From the NCBI RefSeq assembly GCF_006345805.1, contig NC_043023.1:3038001-3102000 (forward strand): DNA of 64,000 nucleotides, in the 5' to 3' direction. The DNA comes from Octopus sinensis (lineage: Eukaryota). Position numbers and translations under genes: made by a program. Below the pieces are notes generated by a model. The model worked only from the letters and a program-made list of their open reading frames with translations, did no database searches and had not been told where the DNA came from. Of this stretch, positions 35,083 to 48,103 are shown in pieces (positions within the stretch are counted from its first letter, which is position 1; each line of letters begins with the position of its first letter).

Positions 35083-35289
35083 TCTTTACTTGTTTCAGTC
35101 ATTTGACTGCGGCCATGCTGGAGCACCGCCCTTAGTCAAGCAAATCGACCCCAGGACTTATTGTTTGTAAGCCCAGTACTTATTCTATCGGTCTCTTTTG
35201 CCGAGCCGCTAAGTGACGGGGACGTAAACACACAAGCATTGGTTGTCAAGCAATGCTAGGGGGACAAACACAGACACACAAACACACAT

Positions 35290-35322
<33 letters not shown>

Positions 35323-36028
35323 CATATATACGACGGGCTTCTTTCAGTTTCCGTCTACCAAATCCACTCACAAGGCATTGGTCGGCCCGGGGCTATAGCA
35401 GAAGACACTTGCCCAAGGTACCACACAGTGGGACTGAACCCGGAATCATGTGGTTGGTTAGCAAGCTACTTACCACACAGCCACTCCTGCGCCTATATAT
35501 GTATATATATATACGACGGGCTTCTTTCAGTTTCCGTCTACTAAATCCACTCACAAGGCATTGGTCGGCCCGGGGCTATAGCAGAAGACACTTGCCCAAG
35601 GTGCCACACAGTGGGACTGAACCCGGAATCATGTGGTTGGTTAGCAAGCTACTTACCACACAGCCACTCCTGCGCCTATATATGTATATATATATACGAC
35701 GGGCTTCTTTCAGTTTCCGTCTACTAAATCCACTCACAAGGCATTGGTCGGCCCGGGGCTATAGCAGAAGACACTTGCCAAGGTGCCACACAGTGGGACT
35801 GAACCCGGAATCATGTGGTTGGTTAGCAAGCTACTTACCACACAAATATATATATATATATATATGGTGGGCTTCTTTCAGTTTCCGTCTACCAATCCAC
35901 TCACAAGGCATTGGTCGGCCCGGGGCTATAGCAGAAGACACTTGCCCAAGGTGCCACACAGTGGGACTGAACCCGGAATCATGTGGTTGGTTAGCAAGCT
36001 ACTTACCACACAGCCACTCCTGCGCCTT
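35083..36028 (-). mobile_element. SINE family 1 with four tandem head units
   Basis: One tail (35083-35280) followed by head units starting at 35331, 35514, 35697 and about 35867 (183-bp period for the first three). Confidence 0.92.
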
Positions 36029-36044
36029 ATGTATAGTTACTCCA

Positions 36045-36220
36045 AACATGAATAAAGAGAAAACACAACAACGTGAGGACGTGGAACAAGTATAGTGTTA
36101 TTGGATACTCAGGAAAGGAAAGAAAGGAGAATTTAACATTTCGAGCAGAGCTCTTTATCAGAAACATAGAAAAAGGAAAGATCCAAGAAAGGGAAGACAG
36201 AGTAAGAAAATCGCCAGTAT
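36045..36220 (-). mobile_element. Penelope-like tail repeat (family D), degenerate HHR at 36131-36165
   Basis: GTTT|CTGATAA|A|GAGC-TCT-GCTC|GAAAT-GTT|AAAT. Confidence 0.65.
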
Positions 36221-36802
36221 GTATGTATATGTATGTGTCTATGGGTATGTATACATGTATCCTAATGAAACAGCTGTTGAGTATAATGAAATCATGGACA
36301 GTATCCCATTCCATGATCCCTTGGGCAAGTGTTTCTACTATAGCTTTGGGCTGACCAATGCCTTGTGAGTGAATTTGGTAGACAGAAATTGAAAGAAGCC
36401 TGGTGTTCACATACACATACACACATAAATAAGCTTATGCATCAAGGGATTTCAGGTCAGCACAGGAATAGTAAATGGTTTATGGCACAAAAGAAATCAC
36501 TTTGCACTATCCAGAGCAGTTTATATGATCAGAAATATAATTTCAAAGTGTCCATGGTGCCATAGGGAGGATTTAATCAAAGACAATTAAAAACAAAAGT
36601 AGAAAACTTTTCAAATACAAGATTGAAGAGTAGGAGACAGACAAAACCTTAATGACAATAAGTGTTGGCAGCAGGGTGTGGATTTCTGGCTTTGAACCAG
36701 CAGGATCTCTTGCAGGGGATCTTGAGGATCTTGAGGATCTTGAGTAAAAGACAATGGATGAAACCCTAATATTCCTAGTTAGATGGAAACTCCAGGACCA
36801 CA

Positions 36803-37210
36803 AGGTGGCGAGCTGGCAGAAACGTTAGCACACCGGGCAAAATGCTGAGCGGTATTTCGTCTGTCGTTACGTTCTGAGTTCAAATTCCACCGAGGTCGAA
36901 TTTGCCTTTTATCCTTATGGGGTCGATAAATTAAGTACCAGTTACGCACTGGGGGCAATGTAATCAACTTAATCCCTTTGTCTGTCCTTGTTTGTCCACT
37001 CTATGTTTAGCCCCTTATGGGTAGTAAAGAAATAGGTATTTCGTCTGCCATTATGTTCTGAGTTCAAATTCCGCCAAGGTCGACTTTGCCTTTCATCCTT
37101 TCGGGGTCAATAAATTAAGTACCAGTTACACCCTGGGGTTGATGTAATTGACTTAATCCCTTTGTTTGTCCCCTCTGTGTTTAGCCCCTTGTGGGCAATA
37201 AAGAAATAGG
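36803..37210 (+). mobile_element. SINE family 2, tandem double
   Basis: Head, then core and tail twice. Confidence 0.85.
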
Positions 37211-37211
37211 A

Positions 37212-37493
37212 AACTGCAGGACCATATGGAGCAGTGCTCTGTGCCTCCTATAATATGCACAACTGAATCCCCTATGAATAGGGATGTCCTATGAATAGGG
37301 GTGACCTAAATGAGATGAGATGAAGTGTAAGTATACAAAAATAAGCATTATTTTCCATCTTATTGTTAGTTTTGTTTCATTTTGAAAAATAGAAATTTAT
37401 TTTAGGGTTTGTTGTTGTTTATAATCTTGAATAGGAAATCTTTAAAGTGCCTGGGGCTTCTATGGGGCTTAATCTTAATCTGGTCCTGCAGTT
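37212..37493. mobile_element. Possible MITE with 13-bp terminal inverted repeats
   Basis: AACTGCAGGACCA (37212-37224) and TGGTCCTGCAGTT (37481-37493); no TSD found. Confidence 0.45.
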
Positions 37494-37495
37494 AG

Positions 37496-37785
37496 TGTCC
37501 CAGTTGATCTGATCAACCAAACAGCCTGCTTGCGAAATTAACATGCAAGTGGCTGAATACTCCACAGGCATAAATATCTTAAATGTGGTTCTCGGGGCGA
37601 TTCGACATGACACAGAGTGTGACAAAACTGGCCCTTTGGAATACAGGTACAACTCATTTTTGCAGGATGCATGGACTGGAGCAATGTGAAGTAAAGTGTC
37701 TTGCTCAAGGACACAATGCATTGCCTGGAATCGAACTCACAACCTTATGATCATGAGCCAAATAACCTAACCACTGGGCCACTGA
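37496..37785 (-). mobile_element. SINE family 3 (long-tail variant)
   Basis: tRNA head and core as at 10905; tail pieces recur at 38505-38770 and 39395-39600. Confidence 0.75.
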
Positions 37786-37868
37786 CCTTCACTAAAAACT
37801 CGCACTCCATCAGATATGACAACGAGGGTCCCAGTTGATCCGATCAATAGAACAGCCTGCTTGGGAGA

Positions 37869-38031
37869 AGGCATAGGAGTACCTGAGTAGTAAGTAGCTT
37901 GTTTACCAGCCACATGGTTCCAGGTTCAGTCCCACTGCGTGGCACCTTGGGCAAGTGTCTTCTACTATAGCCTCGCGCTGACCAAAGCCTTTTGAGTGGA
38001 TTTGGCAAACAGAAACTGAAAGAAGCCCGTC

Positions 38032-38074
<43 letters not shown>

Positions 38075-38249
38075 TGCAGGAGTGGCTGTGTGGTAAGTAG
38101 CTTGCTTACCAACCACATGGTTCCGGGTTCAGTCCCACTGTGTGGCACCTTGGGCAAGTGCCTTCTACTATAGCCTCGGGCCAACCAAAGCCTTGTGAGT
38201 GGATTTGATGGACGGAATCTGAAAGAAGCCCGTTGTTTATATGCGTGTG

Positions 38250-38284
<35 letters not shown>

Positions 38285-38500
38285 ATGTTTGTGTGTCTGT
38301 GTTTGTCTCCCCCAACATCGCTTGACAACCGATGCTGGTGTGTTTACATTCCCGTAAATTAGCAATTCGGCAAAAGGGACCGATAGAATAAGTACTAGGC
38401 TTACAAAGAATAAGTCCTGGGGTCAATTTGCTTGACTTAAAGCCAGTGCTTTAGCATGGCCACAGTCAAATGACTGAAACAAGTAAAAGAGTAAAAGAGA
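37869..38500 (+). mobile_element. SINE family 1 with duplicated head
   Basis: Heads at about 37869 and 38072 separated by (TA)n, with one tail. Confidence 0.85.
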
Positions 38501-38775
38501 GTATGCAAGTGGCTGAGTACTCCACAGACACAAGTAACCCTTAATGTAGTTCTCAGAGAGATTGTGACACAGAATGTAATACGGTTGGCCCCTTTTAATT
38601 ACAGGTACAGCACAGTTTTGCCCACTGGGTGGACGGGAGTAACAGTGGAATAAAGTGTCTTGCTCAAGGTCACTGGGATTTCATCGGTTATGGTGATCAT
38701 GGTTTCAGCTGAACTGATCAACGGAATAGCCTGGTCATGAAAATTAATGTGCAAGTGGCTGAGCGCTCCACAGAT

Positions 38776-38982
38776 ACTCTTTTACTTGTTTCAGTCATTT
38801 GACTGTGGCCATGCTGGAGCACTGCCTTGAGTCGAGCAAATCGACCCCAGGACTTATTCTTTTGTAAGCCTAGTACTTATTCTGTCGGTCTCTTTTGCCA
38901 AACCGCTAAGTTACGGGGACGTAAACACACCACCATCAGTTGTCAAGCGATGTTGGGGGAACAAACACAGACACACACATAC

Positions 38983-39026
<44 letters not shown>

Positions 39027-39390
39027 GTGTGTGTGTGTGATGGGCTTCTTTCAGTTTCCGTCTACCAAATCCACTCACCAGGCTTTGGTCATCCTGAGGC
39101 TACATTAGAAGACACTTGCCCAAGATGCCACGCAGTGGGACTGAACCTGGAACCATGTGGTTGGTAAGCAAGCTACTTACCACACAGCCACTCCTGCGCC
39201 TATATATATATATATATACATATATATGACAGGCTTCTTTCAGTTTCCGTCTACCAAATCCACTCACAAGGCTTTGGTCGGCCCGAGGCTATAGTAGAGG
39301 ACACTTGCCCAAGGTGCCACGCAGTGGGACTGAACCCGGAACCATGTGGCTGGTAAGCAAGCTACTTACCACACAGCCACTCCTGCACCT
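38776..39390 (-). mobile_element. SINE family 1 with duplicated head
   Basis: One tail and two heads separated by (TA)n. Confidence 0.85.
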
Positions 39391-40163
39391 ATATGAATAT
39401 TCTGAATGTAGTCCTCAGGGAGATTCGGCATTATACAGAATGTGACAAGGCTGGCCCCTATCAACTCATTTTTGTCAGGTAAATGGACTTGAGAAGGGGG
39501 AAATAAAATGTCTTTCCCAAGGACACAGTGCACTGCCAGGAATTGAACTCGTGGCTTTTTGATCATGAGCCAAGTACCTCTAACCACTAAACTGCACCCT
39601 TTGAAATCCCAGCAGTCTTGTGAAAATGGAAATAAAAACAAAAAGGTAGAATATATTTACAAACACATAAGCCTTGTGAGTGGATTTGTTAGATGGAAAC
39701 TGAAAGAAGCCTGTCGTATATATATATGTTTGTGTGTGTGTGTTTGTCCCCTACCCTTTGCTTGACAACCGATGTTGGTGTGTTTATGTCCCAAACACTT
39801 AGTAGTTTAGCAAAAGTGATCAATAGAATAAGTATTAGGCTGCAAACAAAGAATAAGTCTTGGGGTTGATTTGTTCAACTAAAGGCGGTGCTCCAGCATG
39901 GCCATGGTCAACTGACTGAAACAAAAGAATAAAGAATAAAAAGAACAAACATATACATCTCTACAGATGCCCCATATACACACACTTAACTCATATATAC
40001 GCTTGTTTTCACATATACACCTGCACATATACACACAGGCTACAAACACATACATACACAGACATACACACATGACCACACACACATGCACACTTACTCA
40101 CCATTGATACCCACCTACAGACTCAATACAAACACAACACAAACAATACATAAACATTTCTAT

Positions 40164-40196
<33 letters not shown>

Positions 40197-40580
40197 CAGT
40201 CATAAACAAAACACAAACACCTGAACATACCCATACACACACACACATGCACTACACACACACACATGCACTACACACACACACACACACACAGAGGTAC
40301 ACTTATAAACATCTTTACACACACCTGCACACACTACACACACACACATTACACACAGACATAGAAATATCACACACACACACACACATACACACACAAC
40401 ACTACTTACGCAGAATCACACATACACACTCTACACACACACACACACATGTACACACATATGTATATATATACACAGGCACTGCACATACAGATATACA
40501 AACATCTCCATGCACACACACCTGCACACACTACACACACACACTCATTACACACTACTTATGCAGAATCACATACACTA

Positions 40581-40617
<37 letters not shown>

Positions 40618-40789
40618 ATATTTTTAACCCAACACAAACCTAAGATATCAAAATTCTCATTTTCTCAGTAAATTTGCCCAGAAGACACAAATTTCTCCAA
40701 ACAACAACAACAACAACACTCTCAACTCCTCGTTACTTCCATATTTAATTATTTTGCCGTCATTGTTACTTTGTCATTACCATCATCAC

Positions 40790-41722
40790 CATCATCATTC
40801 TGCGACTTTATATAGCTATGGTAAGACCTCACCTGGAATTTGCATCACCAGTCTGGAACCCCTATCTTGCCCAGGATATCAATCGTCTGGAAACTGTTCA
40901 GCGACATGCAACCAAGAGAATACCCTTCATCAGGCATTTACCATATTCTGAACGCCTTACTTCCCTGGGCATGGATACATTGAAACTCCGACGTCTGGCA
41001 GCTGACTTGGCAGACACCCATAAAATTATTAACCATCTTACAACCAATAACTCTGAGCACCCACCAAGAGAATACCCTCCATCACGCATTTGCCATATTC
41101 TGAACGCCTTACTTCCCTGGGCATGGATACATTGAAACTCCGATGTCTGGCAGCTGACTTGGCAGACACCCATAAAATTATTAACCATCTTACAAACAAT
41201 AACTCTGAGCACCCACCAAGAGAAGACCCTCCATCAGGCATTTGCCATATTCTGAATGCCTTACTTCCCTGGGCATGGATCTATTGAAACTCCGATGTCT
41301 GGCAGCTGACTTGGCAGACACCCATAAAATTATTAACCATCGTACAAACAATAACTCTGAGTACCTTTTCAAACTCCACCTGTCTAACACCCATGGACAT
41401 GTTTACAAAGTCAGAAAACAGCACAGCTCCTTCCATGACTTTCGGAAACATTTTTTCATGCTAAGAGTTGCTGAAGCATGGAACAAACTGCCGGCATCAG
41501 TTGTTAGTTGTCGTAGCACTGCATCCTTCAAAACTTCCATGCTTCCTGAGATTCGCCAACACTACACCTGGTTTTCTCCCCTCCATACACACACAAGCAT
41601 GTATCTGACTCATACACTGTTCACTTCCCAGACATTTGCACATTACTGCATATACTTTATATGCACTTTCTGACAAGTTGTGGTGCACCTGAGCACTGTA
41701 TACAATAATTTCATTATCATCA

Positions 41723-41773
<51 letters not shown>

Positions 41774-41785
41774 TATTATTATTAT
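40790..41785 (+). mobile_element. 5'-truncated CR1-type LINE with an internal 152-bp triplication and (ATT)n tail
   Basis: VRPHLEFASPVWNPY...RLETVQRHATKRIP...YSERLTSLGMDTLKLRRLAADL...AWNKLPASVV...SFK; CCAAGAG recurs at 40912, 41064 and 41216. Confidence 0.9.
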
Positions 41786-42060
41786 CTCTTCATCACAAGT
41801 TTTGTTGGGGCACCTGCAATCTTGCACGTTTAACGGACTTGCTACCTGCAGCCTACGGTACCATGCCATTTGCTCTTTTCAGCTTTCTAATACTTTCCTG
41901 ATTATTCTGGCTATCCAAGGAGGCAGACCTTTTGTAACAGATCTACTGGGCACTCTATTCCGATTTCCTTTATATTCCTCTTAATGTCCCTTCTGATACT
42001 GTCCCCAAGGGCCCAACAATAATTGACACCTTCTTCATTTTCCATAGCCAGGCTCTTTCA
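41786..42060 (-). mobile_element. R4/Dong-clade retrotransposon 3' end (family B, decayed)
   Basis: WKMKKVSIIVGPLGTVS / DIKRNIKEIGIECPVDLLQKVCLLG.../IIRKVLES*, then short UTR and (AAT)n. Confidence 0.7.
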
Positions 42061-42120
42061 TATATAAGAGGGTTGTATCTATCTATCTATCTTTTTGCCT
42101 TCTTTTATTTATTATTATTG

Positions 42121-42154
<34 letters not shown>

Positions 42155-42164
42155 CATCATCATC

Positions 42165-42490
42165 ATTGCCTTTGCACAGCTATCGCTGGTGATGTACTAT
42201 GGTGTTAGCTGTTCACTACCTGTAAACTAAGGTAACACCTCTTATTTTTCGAGCACTTTCCGGAATATTCAAGTAGTTCCAAGCAGTGCTGTTTTCTGCA
42301 AGTGCTCCACCCTTATTGCAGCCCCTATTTGTTGTGCATACTTCTTGAGATTTTTGCTCACTGTTCCCAGGGCTCCGACAGTTATTGGTATTACTGCTAC
42401 CTTTCTCATCAACCACAACTGCTTAACTTCCCAAGCTAACCTGTCATATCTCTTGACTTTTCTTTTTTCTTTATCGCATACCTTGTTGTG
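42165..42490 (-). mobile_element. R4/Dong-clade retrotransposon 3' end (family A)
   Basis: 42478-42244 translates CDKEKRKVKRYDRLAWEVKQLWLMRKVAVIPITVGALGTVSKNLKKYAQQIGAAIRVEHLQKTALLGTT*IFRKVLEK*, the C-terminal part of a restriction-like endonuclease; (AAT)n on both sides. Confidence 0.85.
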
Positions 42491-42509
42491 TCATATCTCT
42501 CGACCTTTC

Positions 42510-42563
<54 letters not shown>

Positions 42564-42609
42564 GTTATTATTGTTATTATTATTATTAACATTAACATTA
42601 TTATTATTA

Positions 42610-43165
42610 TTGAGTGAGAGAGCAGTGCATGCCATCAAAGTGACACTGGGGTAAAATATACAAAGCCCAGTATACCCATCATGACTACCCATCTGATAAG
42701 GGTACACTAGGCACATGCATCACAACCATATGTGCACGACATGGTGATCTCATATCAAGATAAACAGCACATGACCTTGCAGGTGGGCCCAATTAGAATG
42801 TCCTTCTGGTCGAGTAGCCCATCCTGCTCAAAAAGTTCCTGAATAAGGGTTGTTTAAGGATGTTGAGCGAAACACCCATGTTTCCAGAGGTGAATTATCC
42901 AAACCCCAAAGAATCCCTCTCAACACATGGCTATGATGCTCCCCCACTACTTCTGCTCGTGATCAGAGATACACATATCGTCAGCCACAAAGGGACATGC
43001 TCAACTGGTTAAGGTCAAACAACTGACAAGCAAATCTGTGGTATTGAGCAGAATATTTGCTGTAGCCCATCTTTTTATACCAAGTCAAAACAATGTACAT
43101 GATAACACTTCCAATCAGTTAAGATCAGAAGCCATGAGAGCCACTGCCTGGTACTGCATCAGGGC
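42610..43165 (-). mobile_element. (AAT)n-anchored non-coding repeat (same family as 24455-24870)
   Basis: Reverse complement of 24455-24870 plus an upstream extension. Confidence 0.75.
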
Positions 43166-43885
43166 ATCCATCATCATTATTATTATTATTATTTTAGTTC
43201 CTTTGTCAAAGTTCTTTCGTCACACCTGTGACCTCTTCAGTGACTTTATTCCATGTATCACCTCTTTTCTTTTATGCTTTCACAATCAGTTAAGATCAGA
43301 ATCCTGATCAGCTTTGCCTTTCATCCTTTCAGGGTCGATAAATTAAATACCAGTGAAACACTGGGCTCGATGCAATCCACCCGCCCCCCCTACCAGTATT
43401 TCAGCCCTTGTGCCTATAGTAGAAAGGATTATTAATATTGTTATTGTGAAGGTAGCAAGCAAGGGGACTCATTAAAGTCATGGACAAAATGCTTAGCAGT
43501 GTTTTTCTAACTCTTTACAATCTGAGTTCAAATTCTGCCGAGGTCTACTTTGCCTTGCAGGGTCTCAGAGCCAATAAAATACAAAACTGGGGTTGATGTA
43601 ATAGAGAAAGCCACACCCACTAAAATTTTTGGTCTTGTGCCAAAATTTTAAATCATCCTTATCATTACTTAGGCAATGAGGAGGCAGAATTGTTATTAGC
43701 ACACAGGCCAAAATGCTGAGCGACATTTTGTCCATCTTTACATTCTGAATTCACCCTTTTGGAGTGTATAAAATAAGTACCAGTTGTAGACTAATGTTGA
43801 CGTAATCGACTATCCCCTCCCACAAAGTTTCAGGCCTTGTGCCTTTAGTAGAAAGGATCATCATCATCATCATCCTTATTATTAT

Positions 43886-44206
43886 TATTTCTGCCTTAGT
43901 GAAGGCAAAGGTATTGTTTTCAGTCGTGTTTGTTTGTCCATGGACAAGATATCTCAAGAACTGCTGAATGGATTTGCATGAAACTTTCAGGGACGTTTGG
44001 CCTTGTTAGTGGCACAAACTGATTAGATTTTGGGATCAATCCAGTACCAAACAAGGATTCTGGAGTATTTTTCCTTTTTTTTACTTACTTTTTGAGAGCA
44101 GTTGGGTTCATTTTTAATATTCTCATTTTAAAAATCATCTCTGGCTAATCGTTGAGAGGACACTGGTGTTGCCTTGGCAGAGGTTTGCACTCTGAGTGCT
44201 CTTGTT
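43886..44206 (+). mobile_element. DINE-1/HINE-like non-autonomous Helentron
   Basis: 5' hairpin (CTGCCTTAGTGAAGGCAAAGG), internal TTTGTTTGTC microsatellite, 3' subterminal GCCTTGGCAGAGGT, end CTCTTGTT; DINE-1 architecture. Confidence 0.6.
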
Positions 44207-44244
44207 ATATATACACATACACACACTCATACATAAATATTTTA

Positions 44245-44625
44245 TCATCTTCCCGTGCTGGTGGCATGTAAAAAGCACTAATTGAGCATGATCGTTGGCA
44301 ACGTCGCCTCACTGGCACATGAAAAACAACATTTGAGCGTGGTTGCCACCAGTGCCACTGTACTGGCTCCCATGCTGGTAGCATGTAAAAAACACATTTT
44401 GAGCATGTTCATTGCTAGAACTGCCTTACTGGCCCTCATGCCGGTGACGCATAAAAGCTCCCATTACCCTCTCGGAGTGGTTGACATTAGGAAGGGCATC
44501 CAGCTGTAGAAACTTTGCCAGATCAGACTGGAGCCTGGTGCAGACTTCTGGCTTGCCAGTCCTCAGTCAAACCATCCAACGCATGGAAAGCAGACATTAA
44601 ACGATGATGATGTTGATGATGATGA
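44245..44625 (+). mobile_element. RTE 3' UTR fragment with repeated modules
   Basis: GGTGGCATGTAAAAAGCAC-like modules, AGGAAGGGCATCCAGCTGTAGAAAC, (GAT)n tail. Confidence 0.8.
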
Positions 44626-45208
44626 TCATCATCATCATAGTTTTAACACCCACTTTTTCATGCTTGCTGGGTTGGACAGAACTTGTTGAAGCAGATTTTC
44701 TATGTACAGAAACCCTTCCTATTGCCAACACTAACATTTCCAAGCCAGGTAATATTTCTCCATGACCACACATGATTTTCATGGAAGACTGGAAATAAAA
44801 GACAACACTTGCATGATGATAACACTCATTTACAATAATCACATCAAGTAAGGAGACAGTAACACATGCTCACAAACACACATATGTTCATACATATACT
44901 GCCAAGGTGTCAAAATCATAATGATAGCAGTTAGGCAGCTGATGATGGAATTGATATTTGAATTATCCTTCGTTCTCATAAGGTTGAAAGTGTTTGCGGA
45001 TTCATGGTTTGTGAGGTTTATATATGTTGATACTGGAGGATTTCCATCGTACATAATCTTATTAGGGTTGGATAATGCTTAGATAAGGTGGCTTGTGTGA
45101 AGAGATTCTATGATCCAATGATTGGTGGATTTAATTCAAGGATTGCCTTTACATGGATTATGTTACACCTTTGAATTCCTTTAGAGTACAGTAATTCTAT
45201 ATCACTGA

Positions 45209-45244
<36 letters not shown>

Positions 45245-45605
45245 TCATCATCATCATTGTTTAATGTCCGTTTTCCATGCTAGCATGGGTTGGACGGTTT
45301 GATTGGGGTCTGGGAAGCCAGGAGTCTGCACCAGGCTCCAGTCTGATCTGGCAGTGTTTCTACAGCTGGATGCCCTTCCTAATGCCAACCACTCTGTGAG
45401 TGTAATGGGTGCTTTTTACATGCCAGGGGAGGCTGGCAACAGCCATGATCAGTAGTGCTTTTTAGATGCCCCCAGCACGGGTATCACAACTACAATTTCA
45501 ATTTGATTTTTTATTCTGATGTTGACGTACTTGACTCAATAGGTCTCCTCAAGCACAACAGGTCGCCCTATGATCCAAGGTAAGAACTGCAGGCCGTCCT
45601 GCGAT
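45245..45605 (-). mobile_element. RTE 3' end
   Basis: (ATC)n tail, 3' UTR and CTCAAGCACA (AVLE) ORF-end remnant. Confidence 0.8.
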
Positions 45606-45901
45606 CCAAGGCACTCTCTCTCTCTCTCTCTCTCTGGCCGAAACAGCTGTAAGATGTAATCTATACTTATATTTATATTTACTTATATTTATATTCTCTT
45701 TTTTATATATATTCTACTTATTATACAACATCACTCTTTTATGTACACTTTTTTATGTACATTCCTTTATGTACACTGATTTGTTCTGCTTTTTTATGTT
45801 TAACCCTACAGTCTCTTATGTGGTGGTTTAATAAAGTATGTGATTGAGTATTATCTGGTAATTGATATTTGATTTAGATGTATTTCTCCATTTTCTTATC
45901 T

Positions 45902-45935
<34 letters not shown>

Positions 45936-46069
45936 ATTGTTTTATGTTTCAGTCCAATGACTGTGGCCATGCTGAAGCATCGCCATTATATATATATATA
46001 TATATATATAATCAGTGGTACAGAATTCTATTTTCCTTCTATTTTGTCTTCTACTATAGCCTCGGAACG

Positions 46070-46129
46070 ACCAAAGCCTTGTGAGTGGATTTGGTAGACG
46101 GAAACTGAAAGAAACCCGTCGTATATATG

Positions 46130-46161
<32 letters not shown>

Positions 46162-46395
46162 CGTGTATGTTTGTGTGTGTGTGCGTGTATGTTTGTGTGT
46201 CTGTGTTTGTCTGCCCAACATTGCTTGACAACTGATGCTGGTGTTTTTATATCCCTGTAACTTAGCAGTTTGGCAAAAGAGACTGATGGAATAAGTACTA
46301 AGCTTACAAAGAATAAGTCCTTGGGTCGATTTTTCTCGACTAAAGGCGGTGCTCCAGCATGGCCACAGTCAAATGACTGAAACAAGTAAAAGAGA
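46070..46395 (+). mobile_element. SINE family 1, 5'-truncated
   Basis: Body, microsatellite and tail. Confidence 0.85.
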
Positions 46396-46754
46396 ACATA
46401 TATATATATATATATACCCATACGACACATGGAAGGCAGACATTAAATGATAATGATGTGAACACATACACACACACATACACAGACACACGCACAAGGT
46501 TTTAGTTTGTGAAATATTATGTTATGTTTGCAAGTATCAGTTGCAGAGAGAAACTGAAGAGTCCTTCAGTCCGCAGCTATGTTGTGGAATAAAAATATGT
46601 TATTATTTGCTGTTAAAGTTGGCAATTTTTCCATTACATTGAAATTCCTCCATTGATATGCCATCTGATGCATGCCACTCCAGGCAGAAACTTCAAGTAA
46701 TTGAAGAGTAGTCAAATTTAACACAGCTACCATCACTACCATTAACGCTAACAC

Positions 46755-46793
46755 ACACACACATGTATATGTATATGTATATGTATATATATA

Positions 46794-46828
<35 letters not shown>

Positions 46829-46928
46829 GTAAATATATATATATACATATATATATATATGTAAAAATATATATATACATATATATATATATGTGTAGAT
46901 ATATACATATATATATATATATATTATG

Positions 46929-46967
<39 letters not shown>

Positions 46968-47588
46968 ATATATATATGTATGTATGTGTGTGTGTGTATA
47001 TATATATATGTATGTGTGTGTGTGTGTGTGTGTATATATATGTATGTATGTGTGTGTGTATATATATATATATGTATATATATGTGTATGTATGTATGTA
47101 TTTATAAAGAGAGAGAAAGAGAGAGACAGAAGTATTTTTAATCAACATTTTATAATTGAACATATATATATATATATGTGTGTGTATATGTGTGTGTGTG
47201 AGTGTGTGATTAATCTGCCATTTGTAATCATATATATGTAAATATAGAACTCACACACACTATATATATATATAAACGCATATATACAGTAAGTACATAT
47301 ATGGATAAATATATTCAAATATACACTGTGTATATGTGTATACACACACACATATATATATTTGCATACACACAAACTCAATATATGTATATATATATAT
47401 GTGTGTGTGTGCAAATGCACTATATATACTATATATAGTTATGTATGTATGTATGTATGTATATATATATACACACACATGCATATATATATATATATAT
47501 ATATACATACACATAGATGCAAGATATATATATACATGCAAATTTACTATATATGCATAAATAGTTATGTATGTATATATATATTATA

Positions 47589-47630
<42 letters not shown>

Positions 47631-48072
47631 GCATATATATATATATACACATGCATATATATACATACACATAGATGGAAGATATATATATATATACATG
47701 CAAATTTACTATATATGCATATATAGTTATGTATGTATATATCTTTATATATATACACACATATATTATATATATATATATATATATATACGCACACGCG
47801 AATATATACAGCATATGGGTGATTGCCTTTTCTGTCCTTCTCTCTCTCTCCCTCTCTCTATCTCTCCTTCCTCTCCTCTTCCTTCTCCCTCCCTCACCCC
47901 ACCCCTTCACCCTCCACCACCTCCACCACTACCAAACATTCTACACACTGTGTTGTGCTTGTCTTAAGGCTAAAAGAACCAGTGAAAGCATGTAAAAATA
48001 ACAATTATTTAAAACTATTATTACACAGAGTGTTTGGCTACAAAACATTTGCTATACACTTTGTGTGTGTGT

Positions 48073-48103
<31 letters not shown>

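Noticed and set aside
35253-36095. 280-aa repetitive ORF; possible CRISPR-like or tandem gene array
   Set aside because: Antisense reading of tandem SINE heads; no repeat-spacer structure and no cas genes in a eukaryotic context.
44930-45180. Possible Penelope coding remnant (VSTY...TFNL on the minus strand)
   Set aside because: Similarity too short and needs several frameshifts.
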